Shown here in pieces: positions 41,972 through 52,968 of a stretch of DNA of 64,000 nucleotides (its first letter is position 1; every line of letters begins with the position of its first letter). Both the position numbers and the translations under genes were made by a program. The stretch spans positions 32,001 to 96,000 of the forward strand of contig CAWHWX010000028.1 in the NCBI GenBank assembly GCA_963833125.1. The letters are read 5' to 3'. The notes beneath the pieces are model-generated. The model saw only the letters and a list, made by a program, of their open reading frames with translations, was not told where the DNA came from and did not search any database. This DNA is from Candidatus Bathyarchaeota archaeon (GTDB lineage: Archaea > Thermoproteota > Bathyarchaeia > 40CM-2-53-6).

Positions 41972-43148
41972 CTATGCACGCATCACAACTACGGTTCCGA
42001 TCTGCATTAGGTCTCCCCATGCTTGCGCGACCGCAGTTCTCGGATCCCCTGCGACTTGCCGTTTTCCAGCCTCCCCCGAAGTTGCCAAAACAATTCGCAG
42101 ATCTTCATTAATCCAGCCGCGGCGATTGGGTTGCCTACTCCGAGGAGACCTCCGGATGGGCAGATGGGAAGCTTACCATCACGTTCGGTTACTCCTTCCG
42201 CCGTCAGTTTCGGCGCTTCCCCTTTCCTGCATAGAAGCAAGCCTTCCATGTGATGCAGCTCTTTGTAGTCGAACGGGTCGTATGGTTCGGCGAAGTCTAT
42301 CTGTTTACGAGGGTTGCTGATGCCGGCCATTCCGTAGGCCATGCGTGCGGCGTTTGCGACGTATCTGGGGAAGTAAAGGTCACGATTGGTCCAATAGGTC
42401 GTATCGAGGTTCCACCCAACTCCATCAATCCATACGGGGGAATCAGTAATTCGTCTCGCCACATCCTCCGATGCGAGTATCACCGCACATGCCCCATCAC
42501 TCACGGGACTGATGTCTAGTCTTTGAACGGGCCAAGCCAAAACCTCAGAGTCTAGAACATCTTGAAGAGTGACCGCTCTTTGCGATCTGCGCCGACGGAT
42601 GATCAAGCGCGTTTCTCTTGTTCTTAACAGCAACCTGCGCGATTTGTTCTTTGGGAATCTTGTGTCGCTGCATGTATCGTTGCATTTCCAGCGCGAATAT
42701 CCAAATCAGATTTGGGCCCAGCGGACGTTCGATCATGTTGTCGAATATGGTTAGGAATGCGGCCTGAGGATGCGGCAAGCAACTGGACATCTTCTCCTCC
42801 GCTACAACCAGGCACGTATCATACAAGCCCGACGCGACATGGAACCATCCATGGATTGGGCTGAAAACCCCAGTGCCGCCTCCGACGAAGTTTCTTGAGT
42901 AAGGCTTTCCCCATGCACCTGCGCCGTCGAGTAGGTACTCACCTTTCATATGAACCCCGTCAAACACAGTCAGGGGCAGTGCCAAGCGCTACCGACTCAA
43001 TATCCTGTATCCGCATGTTGCATGAGTCCAACGCTTGCCTTACCGCTTCGAAAGCAAGCTCTTTCCCAGTTTCCTGTGCTCGCCGTACGAATTTAGTCAT
43101 CCCAGCTCCAACGACTGCGACTCGTTTCTTTACGAGCATAATCTTCAC
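41972..43148 (-). CDS. thiolase-like (SCP2-type) protein lacking the catalytic Cys; three 1-nt frameshifts
   Basis: 'VAVVGAGMTKF', 'VAVKNKRNA', 'SPVSDGA', 'PSGGLLGVGNP'. Confidence 0.85.
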
Positions 43149-44349
43149 CTATTTGCTGAGTACAACGACTGCCCCGCTAGCCGTCGGAACGCCCCTCCAT
43201 GCCAGAGCAACTCCAGTTTCAACGCCTTGAACCTGGTGTTTACCAGCGTCTTCTCGAAGTTGCTTGACGAGCTCTATTATCCGCACTAAACCGCTCATCT
43301 CCAGCGTATGGCCCATCCCTATACTTCCCCCGGATGGATTGACTGGCAATTCACCCGCTAAATCGAAAACGCCTTGTTCGAGCATCTCATGCGCTCTGGA
43401 TTTGCCCGCCAAACCAAGCGCTTCTGCATGCTGAAGTTCTTTGTAAGAGTACGTGTCGTCTATCTCTGCGATTTGAATATCTCGAGCCGGGTCTTGAATT
43501 TTCGCTTGGCGGTACGCCTGCTTAAGACGCGAGTTCAGCGTAGGTTGCTTTATCCCAATCACGCGTCTCCAGAGACGGACTATCCGACGCCCATCCCGCT
43601 CCCTTTATCCAAACTGGGTCCTTGCGCAGGCTCCTAGCCGCATCCTCGGCAGCCAGAACTACGATTGCTGCTCCGTCGACAAGCGGCGCCACGTCATCTC
43701 TTGACAGAGGGGATGAAATTGAGTCGGAGCCATCACTACCCTGATCAAGGTTGGCTGGGTTCATGGCGAGTTCGTTTGAGAGGGCGTTTTCCCTGTTCTT
43801 CTCTACAACCCTCTTGCAATCTTGAGTAGTCGCACCGCTAAGATACAGATACCGATTCATCTCCAACCCCGCAACGAAATTGGCGTTCAATCCAAGAGGG
43901 CGATTGTATATTGGATCGAGAGCTAGGTCGTAAATTGGAGAAATATTCACAATGTCGGATACTTTGCTGTGAGCTTCGACGGCCACGATGTCGAATAGTC
44001 CAGTTAGGATCTGCATATACGCCGTCGCTAGACTATACATCCCATCGGCTGAAATCGTGCACACAGGCTTCAGGGCAGCACCGATCTGATCGGGGACATA
44101 TTCATCAAAAATACTGGTGCCTTCGTAGAAGTCCTCAGAAGAACAGACGAAACTTTCAACATCCCGACGAGGGTCGACTCCCGCATCAGCATAAGCCTTG
44201 AGGGCGGCGTCGAAAATTAACTCTTTGTAGGAAACTTCTGGCGTCGTCGGCCTCAACTGGGTAAGTCCGATACCAACAATGCCTACGTTTCTCAGAAGAC
44301 AACCTCTCCGCCAAAGCAGACATTTAATGTGAAATTTAAGGTGATACAA
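43149..44349 (-). CDS. thiolase-like protein lacking the catalytic Cys; one 1-nt frameshift near 43525
   Basis: 'VGIVGIG', 'VDGAAIVVLA', 'PVNPSGGSIGMGH'. Confidence 0.85.
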
Positions 44350-44451
44350 AACCTGGAAGAAACCGCGACCTCTGGGTGAAGGTTTGCAATATCTTCAATT
44401 ATTGCCATTCGCTCCATCAATCACAGTAACGATCAGAGTAGATGTCACCCT

Positions 44452-45624
44452 ATGGGGAAACCAATCGCTAGCATCGTTTCAGCAGGCATCACGAAATTCG
44501 GGGTTCGCGATGGTTTGTATACTAGGGAGCTTTTCGCGGAGGCAGCGAAGGACGCTTTCGATCAATGTCCTAACTTGAATCCTAGAAGAGACGTTCAGGC
44601 GTTATTCGTTGGGATGATGAGTGACTCGTATGAGCACCAGGCTCACGTGGCACCCTTGTTCTTAGATTGGATTGGGCTCACGCCAAATCCTGCCTTTCGA
44701 ACGGAAGCGGCCTGTGCCTCATCTAGCGTAGCGATGCGTACGGCTTTGTTTGCTATTGCGTCCGGAATGTATGAGGTGGTTTTGGTAGGCGGTGTTGAGA
44801 AGATGACGCATGTGAGCACTACAGGTGTCACTGAAATTCTCGCGATGGCATCCGACTTTCCATTTGAACAGTGGCATGGGATCTCATTTCCGGGTATCTT
44901 TGGTATGATGGCGGTGGATCACATGCATCGTTACGGAACTACAGAGGAACAGATGGCGAAAGTAGCCGTTAAGAATCATGAGAATGGGGCCCTAAATCCT
45001 AAAGCACATTTTCAGAAGCGTATAACCGTGAATGACGTTCTAACCTCTCGGCCCGTGGCTTGGCCTCTGAAGCTGTATGATTGCTGCCCAAGATCAGATG
45101 GTGCCAGCTGCCTCGTGATGACATCTCCGGAGATGGCGAAACGGTTCACCGACACGCCTGTAAACATCATTGGCTCTGGCCAGGCACAGGATACCCTTAG
45201 CCTGTTCGATCGTGAGAACTTCAGTAGCATGAAAGTAACAAGAATTGCAGCGGAGCAGGCTTACAAGAAAGCGGGAGTAGGCCCAACCGATATTGATGTG
45301 GCGGAACTGCATGACTGCTTCACGATCGCTGAACTCATCGCCTATGAAGACTTAGGGTTCTGCGGACAAGGCGAGGGTGGGAACCTAATCGATGAGGGTG
45401 TGACCAAACTCGGCGGAAGGTTACCAACCAACACGAGTGGCGGACTCAAGGCCAAAGGTCATCCGGTCGGCGCAACGGGCACCGCCCAGGCGTGCGAGAT
45501 CTACTTACAGCTCACCAATCAGGCGGGTCGAAGGCAAGTTGCTGGAGCCGAGATAGGTTTGACCGAGAATGTCGGCGGATCGGCGTCGACTGGTGTCGTC
45601 CAAATATACAAGAGGGGAGACTAA
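44452..45624 (+). CDS. acetyl-CoA acetyltransferase (archaeal SCP2-type thiolase)
   Basis: 'EAACASS', 'ELHDCF', 'GHPVGATG'. Confidence 0.92.
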   Translation: MGKPIASIVSAGITKFGVRDGLYTRELFAEAAKDAFDQCPNLNPRRDVQALFVGMMSDSYEHQAHVAPLFLDWIGLTPNPAFRTEAACASSSVAMRTALFAIASGMYEVVLVGGVEKMTHVSTTGVTEILAMASDFPFEQWHGISFPGIFGMMAVDHMHRYGTTEEQMAKVAVKNHENGALNPKAHFQKRITVNDVLTSRPVAWPLKLYDCCPRSDGASCLVMTSPEMAKRFTDTPVNIIGSGQAQDTLSLFDRENFSSMKVTRIAAEQAYKKAGVGPTDIDVAELHDCFTIAELIAYEDLGFCGQGEGGNLIDEGVTKLGGRLPTNTSGGLKAKGHPVGATGTAQACEIYLQLTNQAGRRQVAGAEIGLTENVGGSASTGVVQIYKRGD

Positions 45625-46077
45625 GTGTCATTGACGACCGAATCCAGCGCGGATAGGGATTCATACATACGGGATGAAAGTGGGGTAATCCTTCCAACCA
45701 TCGAGAACTTCTATCGATTCTGCGGTCAAAGAAAACTGATGGGTGTGAATTGTACTCGATGCCACACCCTATTATGGCCTCCAAGAGGCATATGCCCCAA
45801 ATGTTTTGGAGACAAGTTCGATTGGGTTGAGTTTCAAGGCAAAGGCACGTTGATGACCTATACGATCATTCATTTTCCGCCAACCCAATTCCAAGCTTTG
45901 GCTCCCTATGCTGTTGGGATCGTAAAACTGACGGAAGGGCCGCAATTGCCTGGAATGATTAGATACGTTAAGATGAACGACCTGAGGATTGGATTGAATC
46001 TACAAGTTGACTTTGAAAGCTCAGTACCGAAGGAATGGCCTCGATGGCCTCGCTACTTTTTCAAACCTGTTGATTAA
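45625..46077 (+). CDS. DUF35 Zn-ribbon/OB-fold thiolase partner
   Basis: 'CTRC..PPRGICPKC', 'PYAVGIV'. Confidence 0.9.
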   Translation: MSLTTESSADRDSYIRDESGVILPTIENFYRFCGQRKLMGVNCTRCHTLLWPPRGICPKCFGDKFDWVEFQGKGTLMTYTIIHFPPTQFQALAPYAVGIVKLTEGPQLPGMIRYVKMNDLRIGLNLQVDFESSVPKEWPRWPRYFFKPVD

Positions 46078-46192
46078 CCGGGGGTGCACTCGCCCGAAAA
46101 ACGGTTATTCCTATTGGAATTAATCCGGCCTTAGAATATTAATATGGGAATACCGAGCTGACGGGTCTTGCAAACTCGCTAGGTTACTCAAC

Positions 46193-47143
46193 ATGGTGGA
46201 AGTGCATCTCTCGGGCGTTTTTCCGCGTTCAGAGAAACTCATCGACGCGACCAGAGCGGCCGTCCGCGGAAACCTGCCTCAAGCTGAAGTCGATAGTGTT
46301 CTCCGGCAAGACGTCGATTCACTCGTAGAATTACAAGAAGAGTCCAATCTGGATGCTCTAGTTGACGGCCAATTGAATTGGCAGGATTTGTTTAGGCCGT
46401 TCAGTCAGCTACTATCCGGGATCGAGCTCGGGAGTCTTACACGCTGGTTTGACAACAACACTTTCTACCGAAAACCAATAATCGTCGAAAAGGTCTCCCT
46501 CAAGAGCAAGGACCTCAAACAATTCTTCAGAAGCGACCTTTTACCCAAAGGTTCTCCGAAGAAAGCGATACTTCCCGGTCCATTCACGTTCGCCCATCTA
46601 TCCGAGAACAAAGGCTACTCATCCTTCTCAGATTTGGTAAACGACCTAGCTCGGGCATTGAAGGGAGTTATTGCGTCTCTGCGAGAAAGCGGTTATGAAT
46701 CTTTCCAGTTTAACGAACCTTCCATTTGCGCCCCCGACCGGACACAACAGGAGTTGGAAATTACCAAACATGCCTACCAAACTTGTGCCCAGGGAATTGG
46801 TGGGAGAAGTATTCTGCAGACCTACTTTGGTGATGCAAGCCAGGTGATCGAAACCCTTCTTGATTACCCCGTAGATGCAATTGGAATAGACTTCTACGCC
46901 ACTTCCCTCGACGGCCTGAAGGAATACGACTTCACCAAAATCCTAGGGTGTGGATGTGTTGATGGGAGGAATTCTCTCCTGGAATCACCAAAGGACCTGA
47001 AAACGTTTGTTTCTCAAGCACGAGAGAATCTGGAACCCGTTGATATTCACCTCACACCAAACTGTGACCTAGATTTCCTTCCCGAGACCGTGGCGGAAAA
47101 GAAAGTGCGAATTCTAGGAGAAACGAAAAGGCTGGTTACCTAA
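46193..47143 (+). CDS. split cobalamin-independent methionine synthase, N-terminal-like half
   Basis: 'DGQLNWQD', 'TRWFDNNTFYRKP', 'GPFTF', 'VDGRN'; no HxC zinc motif. Confidence 0.8.
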   Translation: MVEVHLSGVFPRSEKLIDATRAAVRGNLPQAEVDSVLRQDVDSLVELQEESNLDALVDGQLNWQDLFRPFSQLLSGIELGSLTRWFDNNTFYRKPIIVEKVSLKSKDLKQFFRSDLLPKGSPKKAILPGPFTFAHLSENKGYSSFSDLVNDLARALKGVIASLRESGYESFQFNEPSICAPDRTQQELEITKHAYQTCAQGIGGRSILQTYFGDASQVIETLLDYPVDAIGIDFYATSLDGLKEYDFTKILGCGCVDGRNSLLESPKDLKTFVSQARENLEPVDIHLTPNCDLDFLPETVAEKKVRILGETKRLVT

Positions 47144-47147
47144 AGAC

Positions 47148-48278
47148 ATGAATAGCAAACTGTTCCCGGTGCAGGAAATCGGGAGTCTTCCAAAGGCACC
47201 TTGGCTTGTGAACTATCTTAGAAGTAAAGACGTCGGCACGTCTGGACTTGACCACCTCTCAAAGTGGTCTAAGGCTTCAGGATTTGAAAACGAATCAGAA
47301 ACACGATCCATCTTAGCGGAACCGAAAGATGCTACAAATAAAGCGCAGCTTCGAGAACTGGCATCCATATTTGCCATACGGTACTTAGAGTCTGCCGGGT
47401 TAGACTGGATATACGACGGAGAAGAAAATCGAATAGAGATGTACGAACACCCAGTGAGGAACTCGGGTGGATTCGAATTCTATGGCCACGTGAGATCCTT
47501 CGACAGTCGGTACTATCGCAAAGCGGCATGCGTCGACAAAGTCTCATTCCGCCAAGCCTACCACCTAAACGAATTCCTCCTTGTAAAACAACATGCGAAG
47601 CGGCGAGTAAAGGTACCCATAACGGGACCGTACACTATAGCCGAATGGTCATTCAACGAATACTATCAGAAGCAACGAGCCAAGGAATACAAGGATTTTA
47701 GGAAACTAAAATTTGAAGCGAAGAGGGACTTCGTGCTAGACGTCGCCAAGGAGATCATAAAACCAAACCTGAAGGCACTCGTTGACGCAGGCGCGGAGTG
47801 GATTCAAGTCGATGAACCCGCCCTGACAACGAAACCCGACGAAGTGCAATTCTTCGTCGATGCCTACAACGAGTGTACAGCGGGAGTCACATCCAAGTTG
47901 AGCGTACACATATGCTTTAGCGACTATCGCCTCCTGTATCCACACATCTTAGGCCTCAAAAATTGCAGCCAACTGGTCCTCGAATTCGCAAATCGCGACG
48001 ATGCTAAAAGATCGGCCTATGACGAATTGAAGCTGCTGAACGAGTTTGGCGACAAGAGGGAAATTGGACTTGGAGTCGCAGACGTTCATGTTGATGACGT
48101 CGAAAGTCCCGAACTCATTAAGGATAGGATAGAATACGCTTCCAAGATTCTGGGGGATCCAGCGAGAATTTACGTAAACCCAGACTGCGGACTGCGCACA
48201 CGCTCGTGGGACGTGGCATATGCAAAACTTACCAACATTGTGAAGGGTGCCGAGCTGGCTAGACATTCACTCTCTTAG
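47148..48278 (+). CDS. metE: cobalamin-independent methionine synthase, catalytic half
   Basis: 'VPITGPYT', 'IQVDEPA', zinc ligands 'HICFS', 'LEFA', 'NPDCGL'. Confidence 0.88.
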   Translation: MNSKLFPVQEIGSLPKAPWLVNYLRSKDVGTSGLDHLSKWSKASGFENESETRSILAEPKDATNKAQLRELASIFAIRYLESAGLDWIYDGEENRIEMYEHPVRNSGGFEFYGHVRSFDSRYYRKAACVDKVSFRQAYHLNEFLLVKQHAKRRVKVPITGPYTIAEWSFNEYYQKQRAKEYKDFRKLKFEAKRDFVLDVAKEIIKPNLKALVDAGAEWIQVDEPALTTKPDEVQFFVDAYNECTAGVTSKLSVHICFSDYRLLYPHILGLKNCSQLVLEFANRDDAKRSAYDELKLLNEFGDKREIGLGVADVHVDDVESPELIKDRIEYASKILGDPARIYVNPDCGLRTRSWDVAYAKLTNIVKGAELARHSLS

Positions 48279-48296
48279 GAAAGCGTCAAGCCGTCC

Positions 48297-49160
48297 ATGA
48301 GAATTACCGAAATCATAAAGCGCGGCGACCCAGTTTTCTCCCTTGAATTTTTTCCCCCCAAAACAGCGGAGGAAATGTCTCAACTCTACGCAACTCTCGG
48401 CGACCTCAAAAGCTTGCACCCAGGGTACATCTCTGTTACCTATGGTGCGGGAGGGGGAACGCGCGATAAGACGATCGAGATCGTAACCAAAGCAAAGCAT
48501 GAGCTAGGGTTGGAAAGCATGGCGCATCTTACGTGCGTCGCCAACTCAAAACAACAAATGAAAAACATACTCGACGAACTCGTTCTTTCGGGAATAGAAA
48601 ACGTGGCCGCCCTCCGGGGCGACCCACCAAAAGGCACTGCTACGTTCATTCCGCATCCCGATGGATTTCAATACGCAAGCGAACTGACAGCCTTCATTCG
48701 CAAGTCTTACCCACTCTGCATAGCGGTTGCCGGTTACCCAGAGGGGCATATTGAGTCATCCGACAAAGAAACGGACTGGAGGCATCTGGAAGAGAAGGTT
48801 AGGGCTGGAGCAGATTTCATTATAACTCAATTATTTTTCGATAACCGATATTTCTTCAATTTCGAGAAGAGAATGCGTGAGAGAGGAATCTCCGTACCGA
48901 TAGTTCCAGGGATTATGCCGATAACTAATTACCAACAGATCGTGCGATTCACGAAGATTTGCGGAGCGTCAATTCCTCCACAGGTAGTTCGTGATCTCGA
49001 TGCGATTCAACATAATCCCGACGCAGTGCACGCCTATGGGATCGAGTATGCCACTCGGCAATGCCGAGAGCTCTTGGACCACGGAGTACCTGGATTACAC
49101 TTCTACACCCTGAACCGGTCTAGGGCGACACGTGAAATCATTCGAAGACTAACAGCGTAG
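48297..49160 (+). CDS. metF: 5,10-methylenetetrahydrofolate reductase
   Basis: 'SLEFFPPK', 'SVTYGAGG', 'ALRGDPP', 'ITQLFFD', 'HFYTLN'. Confidence 0.95.
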   Translation: MRITEIIKRGDPVFSLEFFPPKTAEEMSQLYATLGDLKSLHPGYISVTYGAGGGTRDKTIEIVTKAKHELGLESMAHLTCVANSKQQMKNILDELVLSGIENVAALRGDPPKGTATFIPHPDGFQYASELTAFIRKSYPLCIAVAGYPEGHIESSDKETDWRHLEEKVRAGADFIITQLFFDNRYFFNFEKRMRERGISVPIVPGIMPITNYQQIVRFTKICGASIPPQVVRDLDAIQHNPDAVHAYGIEYATRQCRELLDHGVPGLHFYTLNRSRATREIIRRLTA

Positions 49161-49226
49161 GAATAACTGTGACTCTCTTGAGCCTCGCATTTTTAGAGAG
49201 TTCAGATGTTCCTTCTGTTCACGTGA

Positions 49227-49743
49227 CTACTCAATGGTAATCAGGAGAGAGTCTTTCTTTACCGTCGCGCCTTCTTGAACCGATATGGATTTCACTTTAC
49301 CTGTAACCGGTGATCCAATTTCGTTCTGCATCTTCATCGCTTCAAGAATTAACAAGGGAGTGCCTTCCTTCACCAATTCGTCTTGCTTGACTAGTACGCT
49401 TGTGATGCGTCCAGGCATAAGCGCACGCACTTGGCCACCAATTCCCCTCTGCCTGTGCTCTTCAGGCGAAATTGAATAGCCACCGATTCCAACTGCCTGT
49501 ACCGTCGCGGGAAAAGGCATACCAGTAAGCCAAACATCCACTCTATCGTTTGGTAGGGTGATAGTTTCGGCGCGAGAGGGTTTCATCGGCATGACGAACA
49601 AGCCATGTACTGATCTCACCATTCGATAAGGTTTCTATTTCAAAAACTGCGTCACCCAGCTCAGCTCGAAACTTATCTCTACCGATTTGTTCCACGGAGA
49701 CAGTGTAGAGCGCCCCATTGATTTCAACCCTAAAGGTACGCAA
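49227..49743 (-). CDS. biotin carboxyl carrier protein (1-nt frameshift near 49577)
   Basis: 'EAMKMQNE' biotinylation motif. Confidence 0.88.
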
Positions 49744-49744
49744 G

Positions 49745-51251
49745 TTACCGCCTCCCTCCGTTTGATCCAGCCATGAACTCGGTCCTCGCCGCCGTCCTCC
49801 ATCTTGAGGGTCTGATCACTTTCATGCCGTTGCGTTCCGAAGGAGCTTTCGACTTTCGAACAGCCGCGACTACGGCCGCGAATCTCTCATGTTGGAGAAT
49901 GGTCGACTTTAGACGAGGCAGAAACTCGCTGAGGTAGGTTGTGTCGAACTTCCCGCGCTCGAACATTTCATCTCGCATCAATTCCCTGTGCAGAGATATC
50001 GTAGTTGGAACCCCAATAATCTCCGTTTCGTCCAGAGCCACTTTCATTCTCTGTATGGCGTCGGACCTGTTTACGCCCCATGTGGCCAGCTTTGCTATTA
50101 GAGAGTCATAGTACTCGGGGACGCTGCAACCGGAGAACAGGGCAGAGTCCATACGCACCCCAGGCCCATGCGGGGCATGATAGCGGATGACGGTCCCTGG
50201 AGAGGGAACGAAATTCGCTCGAGGGTCCTCTGCGTTAATACGACAGTTTATGGCCCAACCGTTTACTCGAATCTCATTCTGTGATAGCTCCAATGATTCG
50301 TTGGAGGCGACTTTCAATTGTTCTTCTACAAGGTCAATTCTCGTTGTGAGTTCGGATACGAGGTGCTCTACCTGGAGTCGTTTGTTCACTTCAAGGAAGT
50401 AGAATTTTCCGGTCTTTTCGAGAAGGAACTCGACCGTTCCAGCGTTTGTGTAACCCGCTGTGCTTAGCCCCTTCACAGCTGCATCATTCAACTTATCGCG
50501 CTGATCTCCATCTAAAGCCATAGATGGGGCTTCTTCCAAAAGCTTCTGATGTCTACGTTGAATGCTGCATTCGCGCTCTCCAAGGCTAACGACCTTTCCA
50601 TGCCGGTCGGCGATCGCCTGGATCTCCACGTGTCGTGGGCTTTCGAGTCGTTTTTCAATGTAGATTTCTTTCCTGCCGAAGGCTGAAGCTGACTCTAATG
50701 TAGTGATCCGAAAGAATCTGCGGACTTGTTCCGGGTCGCTGGCGACACGCATTCCGTCCTCCGCCCCCATAGACTGCCTTTAGGATTACCGGATACCCAA
50801 TTTCCTGAGCAACCTCCGCTGCTTCATGCTCATCCGCCAGTACTCCATCAGAGCCAGGGATAACTGGAACTCCGCATTCTTTCATGGTCGAGCGGGCTTG
50901 CAACTTGTTATCGAGCTTTTCGAGCGCAGCGCTAGATGGCCCTATGAAAGTTAGGCCGTTTTCGTCGCAGGCTTTCACGAAATTCGAGTCTTCAGACAGG
51001 AAACCGTATCCTGGATGAACTGCATCGCAATTGGTTTCCTTGGCTGCTTTGACAAGTTTAGGAATGTTGAGGTATGTTTCAGTTGGGGTCGAACCGGGAA
51101 GAGGGTAACGTTCGTCGGCGTATCGTAGCGGTAGTGATTCGCGATCAGCCTCAGAATAGACAAGGACAGTGGGTACGCCGAGCTTGCGGCAGGTCCTGAT
51201 AATGCGAAGTGCGATCTCTCCCCTATTAGCGATGAAGAGTTTCATCTTCAC
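49745..51251 (-). CDS. biotin carboxylase subunit (frameshift near 50757)
   Basis: 'IANRGEIA', 'HPGYGFLSE', 'RECSIQRRHQK', 'RLQVEH', 'YYDSLIAK'. Confidence 0.92.
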
Positions 51252-51317
51252 ATTATATCGACCAATCCCTCACGGCAGTTGAATGAAGGGCAGTTTCGGC
51301 GACAATCGAAGATTAAA

Positions 51318-52880
51318 TTACAAGGGAGGGTTGCCGTGTTTTCTAGGTAGATGGGATTCTCGTTTGTCGAGAGTAACCTCAAGTGCGTGAATGAGCCGGG
51401 GCCGGGTTTCTCGTGGTTCTATCACGTCGTCGACGTAGCCCCTACCAGCCGCAACGTACGGATTAGCGAACTTCTTACGGTAGTCCTCCACAAAGGCGCT
51501 CATCGTTTTCGGATCGCTTTTGTCGGCAAGCTGCTTTCTGTAAATAATTTTAATCGCACCCTCGGGACCCATGACTGCAATTTCAGCAGAGGGCCAAGCG
51601 AAGTTGAAATCCGCTCGAATATGTTTGCTTCCAAGCACATCGTAGGCGCCTCCATACGCCTTTCGCACTATTACCGTCAATTTTGGCACCGTTGCTTCAC
51701 AATATGCATACAGGAGCTTCGAACCATTCTTGATGATTCCTGAATGCTCCTGGTCAACGCCAGGTAAGAATCCCGGTACGTCAACGAAGGTTATGACTGG
51801 AATGTTGAACGCATCACAGAATCTGATGAACCTCGCAGCTTTCACCGATGAGTTGTTGTCGAGTGCGCCCGCATAATGCTTTGGTTGATTTGCAACTACG
51901 CCAATACTATGCCCGTCTAGGCGTCCAAATCCGATTATGATATTGGGAGCCCATTGAGGCTGGACTTCAAGAAAACTTCCCAAGTCTAGGATTCGCTGGA
52001 TTATCTCCTTCATGTCATAGGCGCGGTCTCGATCGGATGGGATGATTGAACCAAGCTCTTTGTCCATGCGGTTTCGATCATCACCAGTCTTGACAATCGG
52101 TGGATCCTCTAAGTTGTTCTGCGGCAAATATGAAAGGACTGCTTTGATGAGTTGAAGCGCGGCCGGCTCATCGGATGCGAAGAAATGTGCGACGCCAGAA
52201 ATTTGGCTATGTACATGTGCTCCACCAAGCGTCTCGAATGTAACGTCTTCCTCAAGCACCGATTTGACGACGTCTGGTCCAGTAACGAACATGTAGCTCG
52301 TTTTGTCTACCATGATTACGAAATCTGTTAGAGCAGGTGAGTAGACAGCCCCGCCCGCGCACGGACCCATTATCGCTGAAATTTGTGGAACAACTCCGCT
52401 AGCGAGAACGTTGCGATAGAATACCTCAGCAAAACCCCCAAGGCTAACCACTCCTTCTTGGATTCGAGCGCCCCCCGAATCGTTCAGTCCGATTAACGGT
52501 GTACCGGTTTTCATTGCCAGATCCATTATCTTGCACATTTTCATTGCAAAGGTCTCTCCCAGAGATCCGCCAAAGACTGTGAAGTCGTGGGCGAAGACGA
52601 ATACCGGTCTACCATCGACCATGCCATGTCCGGTTACGACGCCGTCTCCTAGAATCCTGCGGTCCTCCGGATACGACTCAAGGTTCTGCGACAGTGCGAA
52701 CCTATCTAGTTCAACGAAACTCCCCTCGTCCAGGAGTAAGTTAATCCTCTCGCGTGCTGTTAGTTTTCCCCTCTTATGTTGCTCATCGATCCGATCCTTT
52801 CCGCCCCCTAGCAGAGCTTTCTCGGCAAGTTCGCGCAACATGTCACCGTTCTTCTGAGTGCCTGAATCCAATGTTTTCAA
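51318..52880 (-). CDS. acyl-CoA (propionyl-CoA) carboxylase carboxyltransferase subunit
   Basis: 'GKLTARERI', 'DSGGARIQEG', 'DVPGFLPG', 'KHGNPPL'. Confidence 0.93.
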   Translation of the reverse strand: MKTLDSGTQKNGDMLRELAEKALLGGGKDRIDEQHKRGKLTARERINLLLDEGSFVELDRFALSQNLESYPEDRRILGDGVVTGHGMVDGRPVFVFAHDFTVFGGSLGETFAMKMCKIMDLAMKTGTPLIGLNDSGGARIQEGVVSLGGFAEVFYRNVLASGVVPQISAIMGPCAGGAVYSPALTDFVIMVDKTSYMFVTGPDVVKSVLEEDVTFETLGGAHVHSQISGVAHFFASDEPAALQLIKAVLSYLPQNNLEDPPIVKTGDDRNRMDKELGSIIPSDRDRAYDMKEIIQRILDLGSFLEVQPQWAPNIIIGFGRLDGHSIGVVANQPKHYAGALDNNSSVKAARFIRFCDAFNIPVITFVDVPGFLPGVDQEHSGIIKNGSKLLYAYCEATVPKLTVIVRKAYGGAYDVLGSKHIRADFNFAWPSAEIAVMGPEGAIKIIYRKQLADKSDPKTMSAFVEDYRKKFANPYVAAGRGYVDDVIEPRETRPRLIHALEVTLDKRESHLPRKHGNPPL

Positions 52881-52968
52881 AGTCTTTCAGCCAAACCCGT
52901 AGATGTGAAATCTGGTACTCCCGACGTCATGGCTTATTAGCCTGTGGCAAGGCGGTTGTATATTCGGT

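Noticed and set aside
41972-44349. Thiolase frameshifts as further introns or programmed frameshifts
   Set aside because: Each is a single-base gain or loss (one in a G run), too small to be an intron; consistent with sequencing error.
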